Shown here piece after piece: positions 29,310 through 42,274 of a stretch of 64,000 bases of DNA. Made by a program: the position numbers and the translations under genes. Each line of letters opens with the position of its first letter. Within the stretch, counting starts at the first letter, position 1. Under the pieces are notes generated by a model. It saw nothing but the letters and a program-made list of their open reading frames with translations. It had not been told where the DNA came from and ran no database searches. This DNA comes from Octopus vulgaris (taxonomy: Eukaryota): NCBI GenBank assembly GCA_951406725.2, contig OX597827.1, forward strand, positions 57,350,001-57,414,000, given 5' to 3'.

Positions 29310-31660
29310 CATTAGAAAATTTAACAGAACACCATTCATGGATGAGTAACATACACTGCTTAAAGCAGGCATGTATACTTGATGTGTGAAGGCTCGTGGT
29401 TTAGTTGTAAAGGTATTCGGCTTACGATCGTATAGTCGTGAGTTCGATTCCCGGTGGACCGTTGTGTCCTTGAGCAAGGCACTTTATTTCGCGTTGCTCC
29501 AGTCCACTCATTTGGCAAAAGTGATTAGTACCTGTAATTCAAAGGGCCAGCCTTTTCACAATCTGTATCACGCTGAATCTCCCTAAGAACTACGTTAAGG
29601 GTACGCGTGGCTGTGGAGTGTCTCGGTCACTTGCACGTTGATTTCACGAGCAGGCTGTTCTTTTGATCGGGTCAACTGGAACTCTTGCTTTCATCACAGA
29701 CTTAATGTAGGGAACATCAATCATACAGTCTTTAATCAAACGATATCATACACGTAAAGAGTAGACCAATTATTAGCGTGAATGACAATACTTGATAAAG
29801 GACAGGAACTCTGATATTTAAAATGACTAGAAATAAAAAAAAAAAATAGTGGCTATATAATAAGTTTGCTTCCCAACCACATGGTCCCGAATTCAGTCTG
29901 ACCGCGAGACAACTTAGACAGAAACTGAAGGAAGCTAAGGCGGGAGAGCTGGTAGAAACGTTAGCACGCCGGGCGAAATGCTCAGCGGTATTTCGTCTGC
30001 CATTACGTTCTGTGTTCAAATTCCGCCGAGGTCGACTTTGCCTTTCATCCTTTCGGGATCGATAAATTAAGTACCAGTTACGCACTGAGGTCGATATGAT
30101 CGACTTAATCTGTTTGTCTGTCCTTGTTTGTCCTTTCTGTGTTTAGCCCCTTGTGGGTAGTAAAGAAATAGGCATTTCGTCTCTAGGGTGGCGAGCTGGC
30201 AGAATCGTTAGTACGCCGGGTGAAATGCTTAGCGGTATTTCGTCTGCCGTTACGTTCTGTGTTCAAATTCCGCCGAGGTCGACTTTGCCTTTCATCCTTT
30301 CGGGGTTGACTAAATAAGTACCAGTTACGCACTGGAGTCGATATAATCGACTTAATCCGTTTGTCTGTCCTTGTTTGTCCCCTCAATGTTTAGCCCCTTG
30401 TGGGCAATAAAGAAATAAGAAACCGAAGGAAGCTGGTCGGGTATATATATATATATATGTGTGTGTATTTGCACGTGCAAATGTATGCATTTGTCCACCA
30501 TTACCGCTTGTCAAAGAGAGTTAGTATTCTAAATATCTTTTCTTTTTGTTTCATTCATTAGACTGCAGCCATGCTGGGGCACCGCATGGAAGAACTTTTA
30601 GTCGAATGAATCAACCCCAGGAGATATTTTAAAGTCTAGTACTTATTCTAACAGTCTCTTTTGCCGAACCGCTATGTGACAGGAGTGTAAACGTACTAAC
30701 ACCGATTGTCAGGGTGGTGGTAGAACACACATACACACGCACACAGGTCTACGAAATCCACTCTCGGGGCTTTGGTTGGGCTGAGGTTATATTAGAAGAC
30801 ACTTGTCGAAAGAAGACACTTGTCGAAAGAAGACACTTGTCAAAGGTTCGCTGTAGAAGCGAACCCAGAACCATGTTGTTGGGAAGCAAGCTTCTTAGCA
30901 AACAGCCACGCTTCCGCCTATATGTTCATAGAGAAATAATAACAAAAAGAAAACGACACCAAAAGTTGAATCAAAATGACATGTTTCTGCAGAGGAAAAA
31001 GAGTTAATCGTTAAAAAGGCTTCGAATTCTTCTGCTTCGGGAAAAATAAATAAATAAATAAAAATTAAAACTGAAAATATAAAGAGGTACAGGTTGTCCA
31101 ATAATTTAATCAGATGGATTCTATTAATAATTCATGTCCCTCTACGACAGACATCAATAGTTCAGTAAGGTTGGTTTTTGAATGGGAAATTAAATTGGAA
31201 TTTTGAAGTCTGTTCAGTGTCTTCGATGTGGTGGTTACGTATACATATAAAGTGTGTTGTGTGCGTATGTGTGCATATGTGTGTATGTATATGTGTGTGT
31301 GTGTGTGTGTGTGCGTGCGTGTGTTTGTTTCGCACGGGAGCCTGCGTATATGAGTTAGTATGTAGACAAGGAGAGGCTCAGAGAACGAGACATGTAATCA
31401 GGATAACAGATACACGCACAGACTTGTACGAGCCTATATTTCTTCATGTACTTACATACACTTCCTTATGCTTACCAACATACATACATCTACACACAAC
31501 CCCCGTACACAAAGACACGTACATGCATGCGTACATGCACACGTATATATGAATATATATAAAAGGAAGAAATAACTACCTTGACCAATACATTGATATC
31601 CTGTCTAAATTTCCCCTTAGACGCAATACCAATGTTAGGCCAAACATTAGCAAATCAGAG

Positions 31661-33571
31661 ATGTCTGCATGTAAACGTATACAAAACGATCAAACAATAA
31701 TAATTAAACAAGCAGATAAAGGTGGTGCAATTGTTATTATGGATACCGAATACTATAAGGATTTGGTTGAAGACCAACTGAAGGATACAACCTTCTATTG
31801 TGAAATACCCGCAAATATAGACCACCACATCATGAAAAAGATCAACAACCTGATTTCAACACACCACAACTCACTTACGGATAATGAAAAAGACTACATC
31901 ACCAATTTTGAACCAAAACCCAGCAACTTCTACGGCTTACCAAAAATACACAAATCAAAAAACATTCAACAGGCAGTAAAAGAACAAGAAAGTGAGTACA
32001 TAAAATTATTACATCCAAAAGACCTAAAACTTAGACCTATTATAGCTGGTCCAGCATGCCCTACACACCGTCTAAGCAATTTTATTGACATTGTTTTGAA
32101 ACCACTATGTACTTACATACCAAGTTTCATCAGGGATGACATCGACTTCCTGTCCCATCTTCCCAAAACAACAGAAACAAATTCAGTTTTGCTAAGTTTT
32201 GATGTGGTAAGCCTCTACACCAATATTCCACACGATTTAGGAATAAAGGCGATTAAATACTGGTTAGAAAAACATAGAGAAGTGATTCCCAGCAGATTCA
32301 CAGTGCCATTTATATTAGACACAGTCAAACTTATTCTAGAAAATAACACATTCTTCTTCAATGGAAAGAATTACATCCAAATTAGAGGCACGGCGATGGG
32401 AACGAGGTTTGCTCCCGTTTACGCCAACTCTGTAATGGGATACTTAGAAGAACAACTCTACCAAGAGGTGGAGGTAAACTATGGCACTGGATTTAGAAAG
32501 TATATTGAAAAGGCATGGAAGAGATACCTAGACGACTGTTTCATAATCTGGACAGAATCTCTCAATACTCTGGAAGAGTTCAATATCCTCCTGAACAACC
32601 TACACCCATCTCTCAAATTTACAAAGGAGATGAGTAGTACCAAATTACCATTCCTGGATATAATGGTAATTAAAAAAGACACCACCATCACCACAGATAT
32701 ATACTATAAACACACAGACACACATCAATACCTAAATTTTAAGTCGTGCCATCCACCACATACAAAACGTAACATCCCATACTGCCTAGCCAGAAGAATT
32801 TGTACTATTGTAGAAGATGCAAATATCAGGAACAAACGCCTAATAGAACTAAGAGAATTTTTGCTCAAACAAAAATACCCATCTCTACTTATAGAAAATG
32901 GCATACAGCGGGCTATAAAAATACCTATACAACAACTTAGGACAACCCAAGGAAGAGGAAAACAAGAACAAGTCATACCATTCATAGTGACACACAACCC
33001 ATGTCACCAGAATATCTTCAACATTGCCAAAGCAAACCTACCAATCATTGCCCAAAGTAATGAATTAAAAGACATAATCAAGGATCGAGCTATGGTGCTT
33101 AGTAAAAGACAGCCTAAAAACTTGAAAACATTACTAACAAAGGCAAAATTTGACCTCAGCAACAAAGACCAAACATTCACGGTATCTAAATGCAATGATA
33201 GCCGATGTGGCACATGCCAATTCATACATACCGGTCAATATATAAACACAAAAACCGGGAAAATATTCACAAACGCGAATATGAACTGCAAAAGCAGAAA
33301 TTTAATTTACTGCATCAAATGCCCAAATTGTGAAGAAATATATGTAGGTCAGACGGGAAACGCACTATTAGAACGCTCACGTGTACACCGGCAACAGATT
33401 AGAGACCCAGAGGTCCGTCAGATACCTTTGAGTAACCACCTAGCAACATGTGGTCGGAAAATATATATAATATTTCCATTCTACAAATTACACAGCCCAA
33501 GTGAAATCGAGAGGAAAATCAGAGAAAAGAATTTTATTGATAAATTCGAACCCAAGCTAAATAAGCAATAA
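31661..33571 (+). CDS. PLE polyprotein: reverse transcriptase + Cys-rich linker + GIY-YIG endonuclease
   Basis: Motifs IKQADKGGAIV, FYGLPKIHK, LRPII, FDVVSLYTNIP, GTAMG, RYLDD, FLD, KCNDSRCGTC, LIYCIKCPNCEEIYVGQT, terminal E...LN. Frame stays open ~30 codons upstream of the listed ATG, consistent with 5' truncation. Confidence 0.95.
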   Translation: MSACKRIQNDQTIIIKQADKGGAIVIMDTEYYKDLVEDQLKDTTFYCEIPANIDHHIMKKINNLISTHHNSLTDNEKDYITNFEPKPSNFYGLPKIHKSKNIQQAVKEQESEYIKLLHPKDLKLRPIIAGPACPTHRLSNFIDIVLKPLCTYIPSFIRDDIDFLSHLPKTTETNSVLLSFDVVSLYTNIPHDLGIKAIKYWLEKHREVIPSRFTVPFILDTVKLILENNTFFFNGKNYIQIRGTAMGTRFAPVYANSVMGYLEEQLYQEVEVNYGTGFRKYIEKAWKRYLDDCFIIWTESLNTLEEFNILLNNLHPSLKFTKEMSSTKLPFLDIMVIKKDTTITTDIYYKHTDTHQYLNFKSCHPPHTKRNIPYCLARRICTIVEDANIRNKRLIELREFLLKQKYPSLLIENGIQRAIKIPIQQLRTTQGRGKQEQVIPFIVTHNPCHQNIFNIAKANLPIIAQSNELKDIIKDRAMVLSKRQPKNLKTLLTKAKFDLSNKDQTFTVSKCNDSRCGTCQFIHTGQYINTKTGKIFTNANMNCKSRNLIYCIKCPNCEEIYVGQTGNALLERSRVHRQQIRDPEVRQIPLSNHLATCGRKIYIIFPFYKLHSPSEIERKIREKNFIDKFEPKLNKQ

Positions 33572-33884
33572 TAATAATACTTAGAGGTATTACTTCCACT
33601 GCTACGACCATGACCACTAACAACAACAACAATACTAAAGGTGATCAAGACGAAGATAGCAGGAAAATTATCTTATTTAGGGTTAAAAGTTCTATTGCCA
33701 CCACCATCACCACTAGCAACAATAATTAAGGTGCTGACAATGATGATGATGACAATTGAAATATAAAAATATAAAAATCTCTGACAAAGGATATTTACAA
33801 CATTTCTAAAAATAACCCAACAATTGCTGCTTCGGCCAGGGTCAAGATACAGGACTCTTGACCTGTCCAACAAAGCGTGATGCC

Positions 33885-34002
33885 TAAACCAATCAGCTCA
33901 ACCAACCAATCAGCTTAAGTAATTAAGTGATACTACACACTGATTGGTCAGAATACAGTTTGCAAAACCTAGCACTCTGGAGCCTACCCAGCTGTATTTA
34001 TA
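33885..34002 (+). promoter_or_regulatory. Putative Pol II promoter in the PLE terminal repeat
   Basis: Two CCAATCAG motifs (~33889, ~33906), an inverted CTGATTGG (~33940) and TATTTATA (~33995), about 65 nt upstream of the hammerhead. Confidence 0.5.
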
Positions 34003-34065
34003 GCACAGAATCACTCATCTTGCTACAGTCAAAAATTGTGAAGCATGACTGTCAACACTACTACA

Positions 34066-34110
34066 TGAACCCGAAGATTGCAGAATTCAATGCATGAAAG
34101 TACTAGTTCA
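34066..34110 (+). ncRNA. Minimal type I hammerhead ribozyme of the PLE
   Basis: TGAAC-CCGAAGA-tTGCA gaattcaa TGCAt-GAA-AGTACT-A|GTTCA: 5-bp stem I, stem II TGCA/TGCA, palindromic stem III, CUA triplet, U4C core variant; sense to the ORF. Confidence 0.8.
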
Positions 34111-34269
34111 ATCAGAATGAATATTTAACATTCTACTATTTCATTTTATTTTATTCAATTATAATATATTATCTTATAATATATCATTATAAGATTGTAA
34201 ATAAAACGTGAAAATCAGACAAGGTTGGAATTCTTTTTATTAATATATATATATATATATACATATATA

Positions 34270-34347
<78 letters not shown>

Positions 34348-34351
34348 CATA

Positions 34352-34397
<46 letters not shown>

Positions 34398-34597
34398 TAT
34401 GTGTGTATATATATATACATATATATTTATATATTTATATTATATATATATATTATATATTATATATATGTGTGTGTATGTATATATATATAAATAATAT
34501 ATATATGTATATATATAATATATCTATATATATGTTATATATATGTATGTATATATAATATATATATTATATAATATATATATATATATTGTATGTA

Positions 34598-34636
<39 letters not shown>

Positions 34637-34664
34637 GGTATATATATATAATATATATATGTTG

Positions 34665-34736
<72 letters not shown>

Positions 34737-35302
34737 TATATGGCAACTCACCGCCTTATCTTAGTTAAATATATTGAAACCGAATGTAAAATTAACTGAA
34801 AATGCATGCCATTTGTTAACGCTTATAGCAAATACCGAAATATTGTTATGGAAATCTGTTTAAACAATGAATTATAAAAGTTGTAAGGCGTACGGGGTTC
34901 ATGGGCATTGACGGCCAATTAGTTATAAACAGAAACGAACGTGTGTGAGTAGTGAATGGAAATAGAGAAAAACTAAGAAAGTATATAAAATCACCTGCCT
35001 CGACGTATCTTTAGCTTTCATCTTTGGCGTGTTTCAGGCATTGGACTGCGACCATGCTGGGGCACCGCCTTGAAAGGTTTTAGTCGAGCCTGGTACTTAT
35101 TCTTTCAGTTTCTTTTGTCAAACCGCTAGGTTGCGGGGTCGTAAACAAACTAAAACCGGTTGCCAAGCGGTGATGGGAGACAAACACAAACATATAGGAA
35201 CGCACACACAAACACACATGTATTTATATGCATATATACATATCTATCTATTTGTCTATCTATCTATATCTATATCTAAATCTATCTACCTATCTATCTA
35301 TG

Positions 35303-35345
<43 letters not shown>

Positions 35346-35746
35346 TCTTTTTTTTACTCTTTTACTTGTTTCAGTCATTTGACTGCGGCCATGCTGGAGC
35401 ACCGCCTTTAGTCGAGCAACTCGACCCCGGGACTTATTCTTTTTGTAAGCCCAGTACTTATTCTATCGGTCTCTTTTTGCCGAACTGCTAAGTGACGGGG
35501 ACGTAAACACACCAGCATCAGTTGTCAAGCAATGCTAGGGGGACAAACACAGACACACAAACATACACACATACATATACATATATACATATATACGACA
35601 GGCTTCTTTCAGTTTCCGTCTACCAAATCCACTCACAAGGCATTGGTCGGCCCGGAGCTATAGCAGAAGACACTTGCCCAAGATGCCACGCAGTGGGACT
35701 GAACCCGGAACCATGTGGTTGGTTAGCAAGCTACTTACCACACAGC

Positions 35747-35800
<54 letters not shown>

Positions 35801-36112
35801 CAATTGATAAGAAGAATGACCACTAACTTGGATTCCTATATGCTGAAGATACGCTTCAAATCGCCTTACCACGAAGATTGTGTTCTCAAGAAAAAAATCT
35901 CAGCAAACGCGAGAATGTAAAAAAATATAAACGTATCATGATATCATGATTTCGTTATTAACACTTGCAAGATGTAAGTATCTGTAACAACTCCTCACCG
36001 TAGTCTGTCGTATTTCAAAACATATTTCACAGAACTATACACAGAAACGTTCACCCGAAAGAAAACTCATATACAGTTCTGTAAAATATATTTCTGGTAT
36101 TTTTCAAAAGTC

Positions 36113-36148
<36 letters not shown>

Positions 36149-36241
36149 ATCCAAACAAGAAAACACAGAAAAAAACACAGCAACGCGAGGACGTGGAACA
36201 ATTAAAGTATTATTTGACGCTCAGGAAAGAAGGGAAGGAGG

Positions 36242-36276
36242 GTTTAACGTTTCGAGCGGAGCTCTTCGTCGGAAAC
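36242..36276 (-). ncRNA. Minimal hammerhead ribozyme in putative PLE terminal fragment (~36145-36347)
   Basis: Minus strand GTTT-CCGACGA-aGAGC tcc GCTC-GAA-ACGT-T|AAAC; stems I and II pair, palindromic stem III; fragment bounded by (TA)n. Confidence 0.7.
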
Positions 36277-36346
36277 AAAGGAGAAGGAAAGATCCCGAGA
36301 AGGGAAGACAGGAAAAAAATTTTTTTGGTGGTGGTGCTCAAGAGAT

Positions 36347-36391
<45 letters not shown>

Positions 36392-37399
36392 TATGTATTT
36401 CTTTCAGTTTTTGTCAACCAAATCCACTCACAAGGCTTTGGTCGGTCGGGGCTGTAGTAGAAGGCAATCACTCAAGGTACTACGCAATAGGACTGAACCC
36501 GGAATCATGTGGCTGCGAAGCAAATTGCTTATCACACAGCAACACATACCCATCAAAATGACTCCTTATATAGAAACAGAATTGGTGTAGTGTTTTGGTT
36601 CACGAACCCCCGAAGAATAGAAAGCAGAGTTGGCGTGGTCTTCTACAATGGAACTGCTTTCTGTAACGATTTGATAGCACTGAAGGTTTTCTTGGCCGAA
36701 TTCATTCACCTAATGGACAGGATCTTTTAGAAGAAATGGCCGAAGGATCAACGGTTCGTGTTACGTCAACGGTGTTGACATATACATATTAGATACATTT
36801 CTTACAGCTATTTCGCTAATTGGAATGCTATGTGCAAAATATCTCCCTCAAAACAGAGAAAGAAAACAGCAAGTATTTTTGTGCAAAGAAGATTATATTT
36901 CTGAAGCCATTAACAACCATAATAAATGTTATTAGTTCCAGTAGAGCCTTCTTGGATATTCAAAACCATTCTCGAGAAATGGGTGACGTCTACAAGATTA
37001 TATTGTCGAAGATTCAGCTCAGATTAAGACCAATAAAGAGGCCTCTCAACAGCGAATATCCTTTACGTGTTCAATACATTAAATATGTCTAATTCGATAA
37101 ACCCGCTTCTGCGCTAAACATTCATCATATAGGTTTCTTTTTACAGGATTACGGAGAATAATAAAGAATTAATGAAGGTTTTTCAGTGAGGCGTGGATTA
37201 GCAAACCTGTGGTACTGTACAACATTTCTGCGTGTAAAGCAAAACAAACGTGTGCTTGTTCATATGCAAGTATATGCACTTATATTCATATACATATATA
37301 CATACACACACACACACATACACATACACATATACATACATGTATATATATATTAGTATATATATGCCTATATATATATATATATATTTATATACATAT

Positions 37400-37472
<73 letters not shown>

Positions 37473-37535
37473 AATAAATATATATATATATACGATATAT
37501 ATATATATATATATATATATATTCGTATATATATA

Positions 37536-37623
<88 letters not shown>

Positions 37624-38344
37624 TATATATATTACTCTTTACTTGCTTCAGTCATTTGACTGTGGCCATGCTGAAGCACTGCTTTAGTCGAAAAAAATCA
37701 ACCCCAGAACTTTTCCATATGAAGGCTCATGGCTCAGTGGTTTGAGCGTTGAGCTTACGATCGTGAGGTTGTGAGCTCGGATCCCGGACCGGGCTGTGTG
37801 TTGTGTTCTTGAGCAAGACACTTTAGTTCACGTTGCTCCAGTTCACTCAGCTGTAGAAATGAGTTGCGACATCACTGGTGCCAAACTGAATCGGCCGTTG
37901 CCTTCCCTTGGATAGCACTGGTGGTGTGGAGAAGGGAGGCCGGTAAGCATGGGCCACTGCTGGTCTTCCATAAACAAACTTGCCCGGACTTGTACCTGGG
38001 AGGGTAACTTTCTAGGTGCACTCCCATGGTCTGTGTCGTGACCGAAGGGGTTCTCAGAATATATATATATATATATATATATGAGATTCTTCTTCATGGC
38101 TTTCATCAACCAAATCCGCTAACAAGGTTTTGCCGGTAGGCCCGGGGCGAAAGTAGAAGACACTTACACAAAGTGACACGAAGTGGGACTTAACCTGAAA
38201 CCACATTTTTGCCAAGCAAGCTTCTTAATCACACACCCATACCCTGTGCTTCTGACATTAATTAAAGACAATATGTAGACAAGCATATACATAACGCACT
38301 TATATATATATATATATATAGTCACACATATATATATATATATG

Positions 38345-38772
38345 TATCATGCAAAAGTCTTCGGCCACTTTAAACTATTGTAAATTTCTACCAATTGCTA
38401 ACTGTTAAGTAGATGTTTCGCATTTGCGCTTTCATAGAGGCCTTTTGACAAATGGTCGCTTATTAGAAAACGAAACGGCCCACGTTACACGACGAAAACT
38501 GTGAAGTTTGGGTGTAAAAGTCTCATGCTTTGGGGATACATAAAAAGTGATGGTTGAAGAAAATTAGTTAAAATTGACGTGAACTTGAATAGTGCTAAAT
38601 ACATCCAGTTGCTGAAGGACAATTTGAACCAGACTTGGCTGAAGGTGAGATTTTTCAGCATAACAGAGCTGCATGCCACAGATCGCATGCAACACAACAG
38701 AGTCTGACTGGTGAAGGTGTTACCGTATTGAAAGATTGGCCAGCTCAGAGCGCTGACTTCAATATCATCGCT
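38345..38772 (+). mobile_element. Tc1-family (DD34E) transposase remnant
   Basis: KTVKFGCKSLMLWGYIKSDG*RKLVKIDVNLNSAKYIQLLKDNL...IFQHNRAACH...LKDWPAQSADFNII; left end gcaaaagtcttcggccact is TIR-like. Confidence 0.75.
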
Positions 38773-38895
38773 TTATATTTATATACATATGCTACATACA
38801 GACACGAATGAGAATATACATACATATTATCTAGTACAAACTGAGAAAAACTTGCGTTCATGTGTACTAAAAGGATACCTGTCCTGAAATATCTA

Positions 38896-40180
38896 TTGGG
38901 TTGTCCGGAAAGTTCGTGCCAATTTATAGTAGCTTACCTTTCGACTTATTTTAGAACATGGTTGAGTCCATAAAATAGGATTTGACTAAATCTCAACTTA
39001 GAACACAGCTTAAGCTATATTTTCGTGGAAGAAGGTTTATGTTCCTATAATCTGTGTTAATTCTGTAACCCTTTAAAATGGAAGATAAAGAAGTTCATTT
39101 TCGGCACTTGATGTTTTTCTTTTCTGTAAAGGGAAAAATGCCTCACAAGCAACCAAAGAAATATGCGCAGTTTACGGTGATGTTTCTTTATCCGTAAGAA
39201 CTGTACGGAAGTGGTTCGCAAGATTCCGAGCTGGAGACTGTAGCCTTATTGATAAAGAGCGATCAGGCAGACCATCCACTACTGATGATGACCAAATCAA
39301 GTCATTAATTGAGAATAACCCACATTGCACAACCCGAAAATTGGCAGAAAGCCTCAACCTATCAAAATCCGTCGTTCATGAATACCTGGTAAAGCTTGGG
39401 TACACAAAACGCTACGATGTTTGGGTACCACATGAGTTGAGAGAGAAGAACCTATTGGATCGCATTTCCAACTGTGATTCGCTTTATAAACACAATGAAA
39501 ATGCACCTGTTTTTAAAGCAAATTATGACAGGTAATGAAAAATGGACTATCTACCGAAATTTTCAGAGAAAGCGATCCTGGAGTAAGCGACATGATCCAC
39601 CCTTAGCCACCCCAAAAGCGGCTCTTCACCCTAAAAAAATCTTGCTTTGTGTCTAGTGGGATTGGAAAGGAATTCTGTACGATGAGCTTCTCCCAAGTAA
39701 CCAGACAATTAATTCTGAGAAATACTGCACACAACTGGACAAGTTAAAAGCAGCAATTCAAAAGAAACGTCCAGAATTGGCCAACAGGAAGGGTGTAGTT
39801 TTCCAACATGATAATGCAAGACCGCACGTTTATTTGGGAACCAGACAAAAATTGCTGCAGCTCGGCTGGGATGTGTTAGCCCCACCATCCATATTCACCA
39901 GATATTGCTCCTTCGGATTTCCATTTATTCAGTTCTCTGCAGAATAGTCTTAATTGTAAAAATTTCAATTCCTTGGATGACGTGAAAAGATACCTTGATG
40001 AATTCTTTGCCATGAAACCACCTCAATTCTGGGAAGAGGATATTTTCAAGTAAAAGGAAAGATAGAGACGCATTGTGCAGCAAAATGATTCATATTTGGT
40101 TTATTAAAAATGTAATGGCAAGTATTTATTGACCTTTTTCTTTCCTTTAAAAATCGGCACGAACTTTCCAGACAGCCCAA
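38896..40180 (+). mobile_element. Full-length (1285 bp) inactive mariner transposon with ~30-bp TIRs and TA TSD
   Basis: TA-ttgggttgtccggaaagttcgtgccaattt ... aaatcggcacgaactttccagacagcccaa-TA (3 TIR mismatches). Transposase remnant has WVPHEL, TGNEKW, HDNARPH, YSPDIAPSDFHLF. Confidence 0.95.
39078..40107 (+). pseudogene. Mariner D,D34D transposase pseudogene
   Basis: Starts MEDKEVHFRH; several frameshifts, an in-frame stop (LLCV*WD) and D-to-N at the first catalytic Asp. Confidence 0.9.
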
Positions 40181-40342
40181 TATATTTCTCGCTGCGCGTA
40201 GGTGTTTGCATATGCGTGCTTGTGTATTCATGCGCGCGTGTGTGTGTGCGTGCGTACGTTTGCGTGTACACAACTTAAAAATTTTGTCAAAGTTATAGGA
40301 CGCTTGTCATCCGAGATTTTTTTCTTTATGAATCTTTCGTAG

Positions 40343-40378
40343 ATGAATGGAGACAAGTGTTATGTCCTTTGAATCTCA
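40343..40378 (+). CDS. Candidate 36-nt phase 1-1 exon
   Basis: tttttttctttatgaatctttcgtAG|...CTCA|gtgagc; the only open frame gives (D)EWRQVLCPLNL, phase-compatible with exons A/B and 51633. Confidence 0.35.
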
Positions 40379-40568
40379 GTGAGCAGAAGAAATAATGACA
40401 ATCATTATTACGGACTGTTCACATCCTCATTATGGTCTGTAATTAATTAGAGGTAATAGACAATTAACAGTGGAGAAAGAACTACGAAAAGAAAATTTTT
40501 TTCTGTATTCTCTATCGACCAGTGAGTATGGATAAATATGGAAATGAAATAAGGAAACACAAATGTAA

Positions 40569-40649
<81 letters not shown>

Positions 40650-40664
40650 CACATATATATATAT

Positions 40665-40708
<44 letters not shown>

Positions 40709-40840
40709 GTATATATATATACATATGTATATATATATACATATATACATATATATATATATACATATATATGTATGTATGTATGTATACGTATATATAC
40801 AAACGTGCGCACACAAATATATATATACATATACATACAA

Positions 40841-40912
<72 letters not shown>

Positions 40913-42089
40913 CAAAAATAGCGCCAGCGATAACTATCATTCTTAAAAAAAGACTTCGCCGACTTGAAACTTTCTCGCATAATTACTGTTGTTATTATAA
41001 TATCAATGATGATGATGATGATGATGAGGAGGAGGAGGAGGAGAGGAGGAGGAGGGGAGGGGAGGAGGAGGATGCGGAATAAGGGGAGGAGGAGGACCGC
41101 GAGGTTCTTTACATGAGAAAACACTGCTGTAAAGTGGACAATAACAGAGCTGGCGCTCCGTCGGTTTACGACGACGAAGGTTCCAGTTGATTCGATCAAC
41201 GGAACCGCCTGCTCGTGAAATTAACGTGCAAGTGGCTGAGTACTCCACAGACACGCGTACCCTTAACGCAGAAATGTGACATGGCTGGCCCTTTGAATTA
41301 CGGGTACAACTTATTTTTACCAGCTGAGCGGACTGGAGCAACGTGAAATAAAGTGTCTTGCTCAAGAACACAACACAACGCCGAGAATTGAACTCTCACC
41401 CTTACGATCGTGAGCCAAATATCCTAACAACTGAGGCACGCGCTTTCAGTCGCACACACAAATCTGTATATATGACAGGCTTCTTTCAGTTTCCGTATAC
41501 CAAATCCACTTAAAAGGCTTTAGTCGGCCAGAGGCTTTAGTAGAAGACATTTGCCCAACTGCCATACAGTGGGACTGAACCTGGAACCATGTGGTTGGGA
41601 AGCAAACTTCTCACGACGCAAACAGTCCTGATTTTAGAACGTATACTTTCAAAGGCACTAATATCACAGGTTACCTTTGCCGCCTCCCAAGCCTCCGGGA
41701 TCGATAATAGAAGAATCAGTCATGTAGTGGGCTCGATTCACTCGACTGTACCATTTTCCCTAGGTTAGAAATAGTTAATTCTATCAAAATCTTTCGTCAC
41801 GCACCAGTTATTACGATGCACTTTACTCCCATCCAATAATAGCGAAAAAGTATACGTTGGAGAAATGTCGTAAATTGAAGTTATCGGAAGATCTATTCTG
41901 AACATGACCAACGGTATTTATGCTTAGTGGGTATTAAGCGTACTGTCGCTGTTGTCGTACTGATTGTGGCCTATACTTTGCAACATATATTGGAAAATTA
42001 TTTTTAATCTCTACCTTCTTTTCATTTTCTACGGCCCCTTTCTCTCTTCTTTTCTCTCCCTCTCTTTTACTCTCTCTCTCTCTCTTCCA

Positions 42090-42139
<50 letters not shown>

Positions 42140-42238
42140 CCTTTACGCACACACACACTTACATACATACATATATGAAACGATCGTACCGCATTACCTC
42201 TGGATATCCTTGTTGCTTATTTTGATTATATATATATT

Positions 42239-42274
<36 letters not shown>

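Larger units (their letters stand above)
31561..34242 (+). mobile_element. Penelope-like element (probably Neptune-type), 5'-truncated, between (TA)n tracts
   Basis: Long RT + GIY-YIG ORF followed by a ~670-bp 3' region with CCAAT boxes, TATA-like box and hammerhead; TA-rich repeats on both sides. Confidence 0.9.
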
